NCBI GenBank assembly: GCA_004297985.1
Contig: SCRA01000032.1
Location: 1,851 to 65,850, forward strand
Direction of reading: 5' to 3'
Length of the DNA: 64,000 nucleotides
Origin: a bacterium
Lineage (GTDB): Bacteria > Vulcanimicrobiota > Vulcanimicrobiia > Vulcanimicrobiales > SCRA01
In this document: positions 36,544 to 45,332 of the stretch, in pieces
How positions within the stretch are numbered: the stretch's first letter is position 1
Layout: each line of letters starts with the position of its first letter
The notes under the pieces: model-generated
What the model was told of the DNA's origin: nothing
The model's database searches: none
The model's input: only the letters and a program-made list of their open reading frames with translations
Position numbers and translations under genes: made by a program

Positions 36544-37572
36544 GTGGTCACGCTGGAACGCTTCTCGGTCGGGCGCCGAACTGTTGTCGTCGGTCTCTGC
36601 GTTCTCTTGCTGATCGCCATCGCGGCAGGCGATTATACGCTCTCCGTGGTCCAGCTCTCGCCGCTCGCCGCAATTCCCATCCTCATCATCGCCGCCGTCA
36701 CCAACATGCGCGTGGGGCTGGCCGTCGCACTCTTGAGCGGGGTCGTCTTCGCCGACATCGAGCGGGTTTTGGGCTTCGCGCGCAACGCCGACATCCTGGT
36801 CAACGGGGCAATCCTCGCCATCGACTACAGCCTCTCCGTGGTCTTGGTACTGCTAGCGCGCGACAGCGCCGCCAGCGCCGCGCGCATGGCTGCGGAGCTT
36901 CGCGACGCCAAGGCCATCCACGACCATCTCTTCGTCGACCGTATCCCACAAAGCCGTTCGTGGCACGTCAACGTCGCGCATGTCCCGCTGCGCGAGGTGG
37001 GCGGCGATTTCTACGAAGTCACGGCCTTCGAAGGCGGCTTCCACGTGATGGTCGCCGACGTCTCCGGCAAGGGCGTGCGCGCCGCGATGCTCCTCTCGGC
37101 GATCAAGGCCTCGCTTCACGGCGACACCAACGTCTCACCCTCGGTCACGATGGGCGATCTCAATCAACGGCTCTCACCGATCTGCGGCAGCGATCTCTTC
37201 TGCTCCGCATGGTACGGGCGCTTCTTCGACGATGGCCACGTGCGCTTCAGCTCGGCGGGCCATGAACCGGCGATCTTGCGCCGACGCGACGGCAGCATCA
37301 CCCAAGTGCGCCTCGACGGCTTGCCCCTGGGCGTAGCCGAACATCCGCCCTGGAAGGACGGCGAGCTGCGACTAGAGACCGGAGAGTCGCTCCTGCTTTA
37401 CAGCGACGGGCTTACGGAGCTCTTAGCCGACGGCCAAGTCTCCTCCGAGCTGGCGGTCACCGACTTCGCTGCGTTCGAGCAGGCGCTGCGGGCGGCGCAC
37501 CGGCGCGACGACGTGCTGGCGGTGCTGGTCGAGCGCACGGCGGACGTGCCGCAACTCACCGCGGTTCCGTAA
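36544..37572 (+). CDS. Membrane-anchored PP2C-family (SpoIIE-type) serine phosphatase
   Basis: About four N-terminal hydrophobic helices, then GGDFYEV...VMVADVSGKG...SAGHEP...LLLYSDGLTE. GTG 36544 lies 8 nt after a GGAGAA SD. Confidence 0.8.
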   Translation: MVTLERFSVGRRTVVVGLCVLLLIAIAAGDYTLSVVQLSPLAAIPILIIAAVTNMRVGLAVALLSGVVFADIERVLGFARNADILVNGAILAIDYSLSVVLVLLARDSAASAARMAAELRDAKAIHDHLFVDRIPQSRSWHVNVAHVPLREVGGDFYEVTAFEGGFHVMVADVSGKGVRAAMLLSAIKASLHGDTNVSPSVTMGDLNQRLSPICGSDLFCSAWYGRFFDDGHVRFSSAGHEPAILRRRDGSITQVRLDGLPLGVAEHPPWKDGELRLETGESLLLYSDGLTELLADGQVSSELAVTDFAAFEQALRAAHRRDDVLAVLVERTADVPQLTAVP

Positions 37573-38278
37573 CCGCGCGCAGCTCCTCGACGATCGCGCG
37601 CGCCGCCGCCGCAGGATCGGGCGCCTGCACGATCGGCCTCCCGACGACGACAAAGTCCGCGCCTAGTTCCACCGCATCGTGCGGGGTGACGACGCGCTTC
37701 TGATCGCCGTGCGCGCTACCCGCGGGCCGGATGCCTGGGCAGATCGTCTGAAAATCGGGGCCGCACGCCGTCTTGATGCGTGGTACTTCCAGCGCGGAGC
37801 AGACAACGCCCGCGCAGCCTGCGGTGCGCGCCAGGAGGGCCAGGCGCACGACGTGGTCGGCCGCCTGGCCGTGCAAGCCGATGTCGTCGAGATCCTCGCT
37901 GGCCAAGCTCGTCAGAACCGTGACCGCGAAGACCTTCGGCGGCACCGTCATGCCGAGCTCTTCGGTGCGCCGCGCGGCGGCGGCAACGGCGGCGCGCATC
38001 ATCGTCGCACCGCCGAAGGCGTGCACGTCGATGATCTCCACGCCGGGCTCGATCAACGCTCGCATGGCAGCTTCGACGGTGCGCGGGATGTCACACAACT
38101 TCGCGTCGACGAAGACGCGGGCACCAAGCTCGCGAAATGTCGCGCGGATCTCTACGGGATAGCCGTAGAGGCCCTCGTAGCCGACCTTGAGGAGCGCACC
38201 AACCGGCGCCAGGCGATGCGCGAGGTTAGATGCCGCTTGCGCATCGGCGATATCGAGGGCTACGATGAGCTCGGTCAT
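37556..38278 (-). CDS. pyrF: Orotidine 5'-phosphate decarboxylase
   Basis: LIVALDI N-terminus and the DAKLCDIP catalytic motif. Confidence 0.9.
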   Translation of the reverse strand: MTELIVALDIADAQAASNLAHRLAPVGALLKVGYEGLYGYPVEIRATFRELGARVFVDAKLCDIPRTVEAAMRALIEPGVEIIDVHAFGGATMMRAAVAAAARRTEELGMTVPPKVFAVTVLTSLASEDLDDIGLHGQAADHVVRLALLARTAGCAGVVCSALEVPRIKTACGPDFQTICPGIRPAGSAHGDQKRVVTPHDAVELGADFVVVGRPIVQAPDPAAAARAIVEELRAVTEPR

Positions 38279-38416
38279 ACCAGCGCCGTTCGTCCTACCG
38301 GCGTCCGTCTCCGCCCCTGTGACGTTTAGTAAATATTCCTACAACGCACGCAACTTTTGCCCGATTCAACCGTTACTCAAGGTAGGATAGGATAAGAGCG
38401 GGAGGAGGGAACGGAG

Positions 38417-38560
38417 ATGCAAGGCTTGATCGTCTTCAAATCGCTGGCCGAAGCACTGAAAGCAGGCTATCAGGTCTGCGATCGAACCACCACCGGTTAC
38501 TTGGTCCGCACTCGCACCGAGGCCGGCTGGGCGCTTGCCGTCGTCGAGTGCCGTTCCTAG
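38417..38560 (+). CDS. 47-aa hypothetical protein, not in the ORF track
   Basis: My translation is MQGLIVFKSLAEALKAGYQVCDRTTTGYLVRTRTEAGWALAVVECRS. It is preceded by GGGAGGAGGGAACGGAG and a TTCAAC-17-TAGGAT promoter-like pair, and followed by a hairpin. GC3 is lower than in the neighbouring genes. Confidence 0.5.
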   Translation: MQGLIVFKSLAEALKAGYQVCDRTTTGYLVRTRTEAGWALAVVECRS

Positions 38561-38599
38561 CGCCTTTCCGATACGCCATCATCTCTTGCTCTCTGACTT

Positions 38600-38629
38600 G
38601 AAGGGCGCCCCCGCGACGGGGTGCCCTTC
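38600..38629. terminator. Hairpin between convergent genes (bidirectional terminator candidate)
   Basis: gaagggcgcccc / ggggtgcccttc forms a 12-bp stem (one G-U) with a 6-nt loop. It lies between the stops at 38560 (+) and 38639 (-). Confidence 0.5.
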
Positions 38630-38638
38630 TGCTGTATC

Positions 38639-39175
38639 TCACGGGCGCGCGGGCGGCTGACCCGGCGGCGGAATCTCGCGTTCCGGATCGAGGATCCGAC
38701 TGATGCGCCGCTCGCCCCAAGTTGGTTCAGGCTTCTCGGGCGGCTCGGTCGTGAGCGGCTCGTGCGAGCGGAACCCGCCGTCGGGCATGACCAGCAGCGC
38801 CGTCACGACCTGCGCCAGGCCGACGAAGAGCGGGACGAGACCTCCGAGCAGCCACGGCCCCGGTGTGATCGAAGGCATGCCAAAGGGTCCGTCGCCCGGC
38901 TGGTAGCCGATGAACGAGAGCCCGATGGTCAGCGCGATGCCGACGAACGTCACGGTGATGCCGCGCCGGAGTTGGCGTCGCGCGGAATCCCCCGAGCCGT
39001 ACCACTCCACCGTGCCGCGAGCTATGCGCCGGCGGGTATCCGAGGGCGGAACCATGCCGCGGCGAATCATCGCCAGGCGCTCCTGATGCGCAAAGACGCG
39101 GTTAGCGATCCCCCACGCGATGCTGCCTCCGAAGAGGACGAGAATGAAGAGCGCAGCGACGTCGTTGTCGGTCAT
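38639..39175 (-). CDS. Hypothetical membrane protein
   Basis: Three to four hydrophobic helices (AALFILVLFGGSIAWGIA, ITVTFVGIALTIGLSFIGY, PWLLGGLVPLFVGLAQVVTALLV) and a Pro-rich tail. It is divergent from the ECF sigma gene. Start is ATG 39175 or GTG 39202. Confidence 0.6.
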   Translation of the reverse strand: MTDNDVAALFILVLFGGSIAWGIANRVFAHQERLAMIRRGMVPPSDTRRRIARGTVEWYGSGDSARRQLRRGITVTFVGIALTIGLSFIGYQPGDGPFGMPSITPGPWLLGGLVPLFVGLAQVVTALLVMPDGGFRSHEPLTTEPPEKPEPTWGERRISRILDPEREIPPPGQPPARP

Positions 39176-39256
39176 GCCGGTGGTACGTTCGTCGGCGTCC
39201 ACGGGTTTCGTGCCGCGGCTTGAAACTTTGTCGCTACGCGCAGGCTATCACCAGTC

Positions 39257-39859
39257 GTGTCCGCATCGGCGCTCGCACCGGCGACGGTGCCCATGACGAC
39301 TCCTCCCCGGCCTCGGCGCGATCCCGCTCTCGATCGGCGACTCGCCCAAGCGGCGTGCGCCGGCGACGCCGAGGCATTCGGCGAGTTGGTGGCCGCATAC
39401 GAGCGTCCGCTCTACCACTTCGCCTTGCGTACCCTGCGCGACCGCGAGGAGGCGGCCGACGCAACGCAGGAGGCATTCGTCAAAGCCTATCGCGGCCTGC
39501 GCACCTTCCGCCAGGAGCTGCGATTCTCGACATGGCTGTTTGCCATCACCTACCACGCCTGCTGCGACCGCTTGGCCAAAGGACGCCGCTTCGTGCTGGA
39601 GGAGCCGCCGGAGATCCCCGACCACCGTCCGGGCCCCGAGGAGCTGGCGTTGCGAAGCGACATTCAAGCGCGCGCGCAACAGGCGATTGCCCGCCTGCCC
39701 GAGCGATATCGCACGGTCGTCACGCTCTACTACCTGCACGAATGCTCGTACGAGGAGATGGCAGAGATACTCTCGCTGCCCTTGGGCACGGTGAAGACGC
39801 ATCTCCACCGTGCGAAGGAACGCCTGCGGCGGCTCCTGGAATCGGAGGAACCGGCATGA
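39257..39859 (+). CDS. ECF (group IV) sigma-70 factor
   Basis: Region 2 (FGELVAAYERPLYHFA...EDATQEAFVKAY) and region 4 (LPERYRTVVTLYYLHECSYEEMAEILSLPLGTVKTHLHRAKERL). Alternative start at ATG 39293. Confidence 0.9.
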   Translation: MSASALAPATVPMTTPPRPRRDPALDRRLAQAACAGDAEAFGELVAAYERPLYHFALRTLRDREEAADATQEAFVKAYRGLRTFRQELRFSTWLFAITYHACCDRLAKGRRFVLEEPPEIPDHRPGPEELALRSDIQARAQQAIARLPERYRTVVTLYYLHECSYEEMAEILSLPLGTVKTHLHRAKERLRRLLESEEPA

Positions 39860-40206
39860 GACCCCACGACGACGACCTCGACCGCCTCCTCGCCGCTCTC
39901 CCGCTGGCCGAGCCCCCCGCCGATCTGCGCGGCCGTATCCTCGCGGCCACCGTGAGTCGCCCAGCAGCGATGCCGGCGATGCCGTGGTGGGAGATGGTTC
40001 TCTGCGGCGTCCTCGTTGCACTCGTCGTCTGGGGGACGCTGATCGCCGCCGAGGCGCCCGCGGCGGGCGCTCTGACCTCTGTTGCGCTCTCCTGGATCGC
40101 CGCTGAGCTGCAGGTACCGACTCTGATGTGGGCGGCGCTGGGCGGCGCGATCGCCGTCTGGTGCCTCGTCTTAACGGGCGGAAGAGACGGCCGGCTGCGC
40201 GCGTAG
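39856..40206 (+). CDS. Putative membrane anti-sigma factor
   Basis: An ATGA overlap couples it to the sigma gene. 116 aa with two to three hydrophobic helices. The call rests on position only; no zf-HC2 motif is seen. Confidence 0.55.
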   Translation: MRPHDDDLDRLLAALPLAEPPADLRGRILAATVSRPAAMPAMPWWEMVLCGVLVALVVWGTLIAAEAPAAGALTSVALSWIAAELQVPTLMWAALGGAIAVWCLVLTGGRDGRLRA

Positions 40207-41247
40207 TCGTGCCGCCAATCGCTTGAGCATCTCGCGGGGCCACGCCGGGCCGCCGTAGATGAACGCCGTATAGGCCTGCACGAGATCCGCCCCCGCTTCC
40301 AGGCGCTCCCAGAGATCGTCGAACGTCGAGATGCCGCCAACGCCCACCAAAACCGTCGGCGGGGGTAACAGGGCGCGCAGCGTGCGCAGCACCTCGAGCG
40401 AGCGCGCGCGCAGCGGTGCTCCCGAGAGGCCGCCGTTGCCGCATCCCTCAACGGTGTCGCGCGGGGTCCGCAAGTTCTCGCGCCCGACCGTGGTATTCGT
40501 CGCTACGACGCCCTCGACGCCGTAACGCCGTACGACCTCGGCCACGTCCGCCAAGCCGCTCTCGTCGAGCTCCGGCGCGATCTTCAGCAGTAACGGCGGG
40601 CGGCGCGCAGCGCGCGCGCGCACCGTGCAGAGCGCCTCGACCAGCCGCTCCAACTCACCGCGCGCCTGCAGACTGCGCAGGCCCGGGGTGTTCGGCGAGC
40701 TGACGTTGACGACGGCGTAGTCGGCCAGCGGGGCAAGGCGCTCCCAGGCGCGCACGTAGTCGTCGACGGCGTGTTCCAGCGGCGTCTGGATGCCTTTGCC
40801 GACGTTGACGCCGAGCGCCGCGCGCCGCGGCACCGCCAAGCGCGCCGCCACCGCCTCCGCGCCCTGGTTGTTGAAGCCGAGCCGGTTGATGAGCGCGCGA
40901 TCCGCCGGTAAGCGGAACAGACGCGGCCTTGGATTCCCCGGCTGGGGGAGCGGCGTGACCGTACCGACTTCGACGAAGCCGAAGCCCAACGCCGCCAAAG
41001 ACTCGAAGGCACGCCCGTTCTTGTCGAAGCCGGCCGCTAGGCCCAGCGGATTGGGGAAGACGACGCCCGGCCACGGTTCGACGCGCAAGATGGGATCGAC
41101 TACGGGCTCGAGCATGCGGCGCCACGCCGGCATCGCCTGCAGCGTCTCCAGCACACCCAGGCCCAGCTCGTGGGCGCGCTCGGCGTCGAGCGCAAAGAGC
41201 CCTCGTTTGGCCACCTCCCACCACAGGCTCACGCGCCCAACCTCCAT
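40171..41247 (-). CDS. pyrD: Dihydroorotate dehydrogenase (quinone), class 2
   Basis: LFALDAERAHELGL N-terminus, then GLAAGFDKN, FVEVGTVTP, SSPNTPGLR. Confidence 0.9.
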   Translation of the reverse strand: MEVGRVSLWWEVAKRGLFALDAERAHELGLGVLETLQAMPAWRRMLEPVVDPILRVEPWPGVVFPNPLGLAAGFDKNGRAFESLAALGFGFVEVGTVTPLPQPGNPRPRLFRLPADRALINRLGFNNQGAEAVAARLAVPRRAALGVNVGKGIQTPLEHAVDDYVRAWERLAPLADYAVVNVSSPNTPGLRSLQARGELERLVEALCTVRARAARRPPLLLKIAPELDESGLADVAEVVRRYGVEGVVATNTTVGRENLRTPRDTVEGCGNGGLSGAPLRARSLEVLRTLRALLPPPTVLVGVGGISTFDDLWERLEAGADLVQAYTAFIYGGPAWPREMLKRLAARLRAQPAVSSAR

Positions 41248-41768
41248 GTGCCGAGCGTCGCGTAACGCGCACCGCTCGGCAGCGTCGTGCTCTCCACCAA
41301 GGTGATCTCCCGCACCGCCCAGCGTACGGGAGAGACATCAAGTGCCGTCAACTGCACGGGTATCTTGGCGCGCGCGATGGTCACGTGGGGGAGTGCCTCC
41401 TTCTCGTCGAGCGCGATGCCGAGATCGGCCAATCGCTCGCGTAGCGTGCGTGCCGCGGCGCGAAACGGCGCGTCCTCGCCGCCGGCTCCCAACCAGAGTA
41501 CATTCGCTCGCCGCTCGCTAGGGAAGCCGCCGACGCGGTCGATCACCAGATCGAAGGAGGCCTGCGCCGCCGCTACCGACGCGCAGGCGCGTTCGATCTC
41601 GCCCACGCACCCCTGGTTGACCGTTCCCAGAAATGTCATCGTCGCATGCAACTGGTCGGGCGCGTAGAAGCGTAGGGCAAGCCCACGGGCTCGAAGCGCC
41701 GCCTCCGCGTCGAGGGCGCGCGCTCGTACCGCTTCGTCGGCCCAGGCGGCTACGAACAATCTGGGCAT
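41229..41768 (-). CDS. thpR: RNA 2',3'-cyclic phosphodiesterase (2H phosphoesterase, ThpR/LigT)
   Basis: Two HxT motifs (LHATMTFLG and PHVTIAR) at the expected spacing. Confidence 0.85.
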   Translation of the reverse strand: MPRLFVAAWADEAVRARALDAEAALRARGLALRFYAPDQLHATMTFLGTVNQGCVGEIERACASVAAAQASFDLVIDRVGGFPSERRANVLWLGAGGEDAPFRAAARTLRERLADLGIALDEKEALPHVTIARAKIPVQLTALDVSPVRWAVREITLVESTTLPSGARYATLGTWRLGA

Positions 41769-41777
41769 CGCCTCAGG

Positions 41778-42572
41778 TTAGGGACTGGCGGCGGCCAGCT
41801 CCTCTTCCACGTTGAGCTCCCAGTCGTCGTGGGCGGCATAGACGCGCAGCCCGAGCTCTTGCTCCAACTGGCGCGCCAGCAGCCACGGCTTGCGATCGAG
41901 CATCTGCGTACCGAAGTGCGTCATGACCGCGACGCGCGGGCGAACGATTCCCAAGATCTCGCGCGCGTCGTCGAACGTGAGATGGTCGACGTCCATGCGG
42001 TCGCGAAAGCGCAAGACGTTCATGATCAGCACATCGGGCTGGGCCTGCGCATAGTGCTCGGCCAGGCCGTCGAAGCGCCGCGTGCACGGCAGGTACGAGA
42101 TGCGCGTACCGGCGTGCAAGAAGTGGAGGCCGAGCGTCTCGACGCCGTGGCGATGGCCTACCGAGCCGCGGATCTCCACATCGTTGATCAGATAGGGGCC
42201 GCCGAATTCGCTCAGATACTCGATGCGATCCAGGAAACCGCGCACGTACGGCAGCACCACCCCCTCTTCGTCGAAGGCATCGGCAGGGGCTAACAGCAGC
42301 CCACGACGTTTCCAGCCGCCATGGGTCATCGCCTCGACCATGACGTTGACGTCGCAGGAGTGATCGAGATGCTTATGCGAGAGCACGAGCGCATCGAGGC
42401 GCGGCGGATCCAGCGGCGGCTGGTGCGAGAGCGCGCGTACCAACGCTCCGGGCCCGGGATCGATGTGGATACGCGTCGTGCCGAGCTCCAGCCAGATACC
42501 GCCGGAGGCGCGCAACTGCTTGGCGACGACGAAGCGTGCCCCGCCGGTACCGAGAAAAACGATGCGGCTCAT
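41778..42572 (-). CDS. MBL-fold metallo-hydrolase
   Basis: SHKHLDHSCD (HxHxDH) plus downstream His/Asp ligand contexts. 264 aa. Confidence 0.85.
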   Translation of the reverse strand: MSRIVFLGTGGARFVVAKQLRASGGIWLELGTTRIHIDPGPGALVRALSHQPPLDPPRLDALVLSHKHLDHSCDVNVMVEAMTHGGWKRRGLLLAPADAFDEEGVVLPYVRGFLDRIEYLSEFGGPYLINDVEIRGSVGHRHGVETLGLHFLHAGTRISYLPCTRRFDGLAEHYAQAQPDVLIMNVLRFRDRMDVDHLTFDDAREILGIVRPRVAVMTHFGTQMLDRKPWLLARQLEQELGLRVYAAHDDWELNVEEELAAASP

Positions 42573-42624
42573 GGAGCGTTATCCGCGCCCGCACGCGGCC
42601 CCACCTGCGCTCGGGCCGATGGCG

Positions 42625-43848
42625 CTAGCCGAGGATCGGCAGCGCAGGCCAATCTCCCGCCAGCACGCCCGAGGCCGGACGCCCCAGCCAACGCTCGATG
42701 ATCGTGGCGTAGACGCTGCGAAAGTCCGTGCCGTAGGCGAGGTTCCCTTCGTGCAGTTGCTCGAGGGAGGGCGGCGTTCCGTAGAGCCCGCCCTTGACGG
42801 GGCCGATCACGAACATCGGACCGGCCTCGCCGTGATCGGTGCCGCGGCTCGCGTTCTCCGCCACGCGTCGCCCGAACTCCGAGAACGTCATGGTCAGCAC
42901 GCGCCGATCGTTGCCGTGCGCCGCGAGGTCGTCGTAGAACGCGGCGAGCGCATCGGAGAGCTGGCCGAGGAGGCGGTCCTGCGTCGCCTTCTGCGAGACG
43001 TGCGTGTCGAAACTCCCGTGCGCGACGTAGATGACGCGCGTTCCCAGCGCCGGCGTGCCGATGATCTGCGCCGCGAGCGCCAGACTGCGGCCGATGCCCG
43101 TCACGGGATAGCTGGCCGTCGTCTTGTAGCCGGCCACGAGCTTGGGCAGTTCCTCGCTGCCGCGCTGCGTGTCGCGTTGCACCGCGGCAATGGTGGGCAA
43201 GAAGGGGCTGCGGAACGGCAGATCGGTAGCGTCGCTCTGCGCGGCGAAATCCTGCGCGCCGCCGCGTGTGCCGTCGATGGCCAAGCGGAAATCTCGCGCC
43301 CCGCCGTCGATGGCGGGAACGTCGTGGTGCTCGGCAATGAAGAGCTCGGGGAGCACGGGCGAGACGGCGACGCCGGTGAAGAGGTTCTTGGGCCAATCGG
43401 CGCGGTCGAGGAGACGGCCCAGCCAACCTGTGGCGTCGTACCCCACGGGATCGGCCGTCTGCCAGATCTCCGTCGAGCGGAAGTGCGAGTGATCCGGGTT
43501 GGGATAGCCGGCGCCCTGGATGACGGCCACGCGACCCCTGTCGTACATCGCCTTCAACGCGCGCATGGACGGATTGAGACCCACGGTCGCGTCGATCGTG
43601 AGGACGTCGTGCGGCGCGAGGCCGAGATCCGGACGCATGCGCTGATAGACGGGGTCGCCGTAAGGCACCAGCGTGTTGAGGCCATCGTTCCCGCCCTGTA
43701 GATTGAGCACGACCAGCACGCGGTTGGCGGCGCCGGCGGCATCGGCGGGCGTCTGCGCGAGGGCTCTGCCGAAGACGCCTTGGCCGCCGCCGATCAGCGC
43801 CAGGCCCGAGATCGTGCCGAGAAGGAACTGCTTGCGTGCGATCGTCAT
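42625..43848 (-). CDS. DUF1501 domain protein (sulfatase-fold, Tat-exported)
   Basis: ATG 43848 after an AAGGAG SD. Signal-like N-terminus MTIARKQFLLGTISGLALIGGG. Contains LQGGNDGLNTLVPY and HGSFDTH blocks. Confidence 0.85.
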   Translation of the reverse strand: MTIARKQFLLGTISGLALIGGGQGVFGRALAQTPADAAGAANRVLVVLNLQGGNDGLNTLVPYGDPVYQRMRPDLGLAPHDVLTIDATVGLNPSMRALKAMYDRGRVAVIQGAGYPNPDHSHFRSTEIWQTADPVGYDATGWLGRLLDRADWPKNLFTGVAVSPVLPELFIAEHHDVPAIDGGARDFRLAIDGTRGGAQDFAAQSDATDLPFRSPFLPTIAAVQRDTQRGSEELPKLVAGYKTTASYPVTGIGRSLALAAQIIGTPALGTRVIYVAHGSFDTHVSQKATQDRLLGQLSDALAAFYDDLAAHGNDRRVLTMTFSEFGRRVAENASRGTDHGEAGPMFVIGPVKGGLYGTPPSLEQLHEGNLAYGTDFRSVYATIIERWLGRPASGVLAGDWPALPILG

Positions 43849-43858
43849 CGTGCGCTCC

Positions 43859-45247
43859 TTACGCGAGCTGGTAGGCGGGGGTGGCCATGGCGAGGTAGAC
43901 GGCGCCCCGCACGCGCCGCGCATCGTCTGGCGCGTTGGCGTTGAGGTAGGCGGCGATGCGCGCGCGCTGCGCGGGCGAGGCATCGCCCTGAAGCACCAGC
44001 TCCACGATGGCACCGGCCAGCGCCCGCACATCGAGGCCGCCGATGCCGGGCACGTAGTCCGCCGGGTCGCTGGTCATGGGCGTCATCGCCACGGCGTCGG
44101 CGAAGTTCTGCCGCGCCAGCATCGTCGCCGAGTTGATCCACGCCGCGCCGCCCGGCCACCCCGCGACGTTGGGCGGCATGAAGAGCATCTGCCCCATGCG
44201 CGCCATCGCGGCCACCAGCGGCGCAGGCTCCGGGAGCGTGGCGCGCTCGACCATCCGCAGCGTGCCGACGACGAACTCCACGGGACTCTTCACCAACGCG
44301 CGGTAGGCACGCGGCGAGTAGAAGAGGCGCGAGCGCAGGAGCGTGCCCATCACCGCCGAGACCTTCCAGCCGTTGCCCTCGAGCAGCCGACCGTAGGCGT
44401 CGACCAGCTCGGGCTCGGGGTCCCAGTACAGAAAGTAGGCCAACAGCTTCCCTGCCAGAAAGCGCGGCGTGGCCGTCTGCTGGTAGATGATGGAGATGAC
44501 TTCTTCGCCGCTCCAGTTGCCGGTCCGCCCGAGCAACGTCTTGGGACCCGCATCGTGGCGGCGCGGCAGGAAGACGGCGGCGCCGCGGTCGGCAGTTCGT
44601 CCGCCGCTGAGCGCGTAACCCGTGAAGGCGCGCGCGCTCTCGCGCACGTCCTGCTCCGTGTAGCCGCTGCCGTGGCCCATCGTGAAGAGCTCCATGAGCT
44701 CGCGTGCGAAGTTCTCGTTGGGATGGAGCTTGGAGCTGCTCGCCGTATCGAGGTAACGCATCATCGCCGGATCGCGCACGAGCTGACCGGTCAGATCCTC
44801 GAGGCTGCCCAGCGCCATGCGGTGGTAGAGATTGATCTGATCGATCATCTCCAATGGCCGCGTGCCCTTTTGAAAGACGGCCGAGGTGAAGTGGCCATGG
44901 TAGAAGAGCGCCAGCTTCTCTTGCAGCGGAGCTCGCGAGGTCAGCATCCGTCCGAGCCACCAGCTCGTCATCGCGAGATAACTCGCGCGACGCTCGTGCG
45001 GCCCCCATCCCAGCGCACCGTCCGGCTGCGCGGGGAGGTTCGCCGCCGCCGAGAGATCCAGCAGCGAGTCGACGGCGCGATCCATCCCCAGCGCGGCCAA
45101 GCGACCGATGTCATCGCGCGAGCCGCCGAAGCCAGCCCGGCGCAGCAGGTGGGCGGCTTCGCGCTCCGTCCACGGCCCGCGATACGGCAGGAGCGCCGTG
45201 CGCGGATCGAGCGCGCCGGCAGGGCGATACGTCCTTGCAGCATCCAT
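43859..45247 (-). CDS. DUF1800 domain protein
   Basis: EAAHLLRRAGFGGS N-terminal motif and overall DUF1800-like sequence. It sits directly upstream of its usual DUF1501 partner. Confidence 0.85.
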   Translation of the reverse strand: MDAARTYRPAGALDPRTALLPYRGPWTEREAAHLLRRAGFGGSRDDIGRLAALGMDRAVDSLLDLSAAANLPAQPDGALGWGPHERRASYLAMTSWWLGRMLTSRAPLQEKLALFYHGHFTSAVFQKGTRPLEMIDQINLYHRMALGSLEDLTGQLVRDPAMMRYLDTASSSKLHPNENFARELMELFTMGHGSGYTEQDVRESARAFTGYALSGGRTADRGAAVFLPRRHDAGPKTLLGRTGNWSGEEVISIIYQQTATPRFLAGKLLAYFLYWDPEPELVDAYGRLLEGNGWKVSAVMGTLLRSRLFYSPRAYRALVKSPVEFVVGTLRMVERATLPEPAPLVAAMARMGQMLFMPPNVAGWPGGAAWINSATMLARQNFADAVAMTPMTSDPADYVPGIGGLDVRALAGAIVELVLQGDASPAQRARIAAYLNANAPDDARRVRGAVYLAMATPAYQLA

Positions 45248-45332
45248 CGTGTCCCTCGTCCTCCGTGCTATGACACGGTAAACGGAGGGCGTTCCGGAGA
45301 CGTTACAAGGAGCGGCGCGGTCTCAGCCTTTT

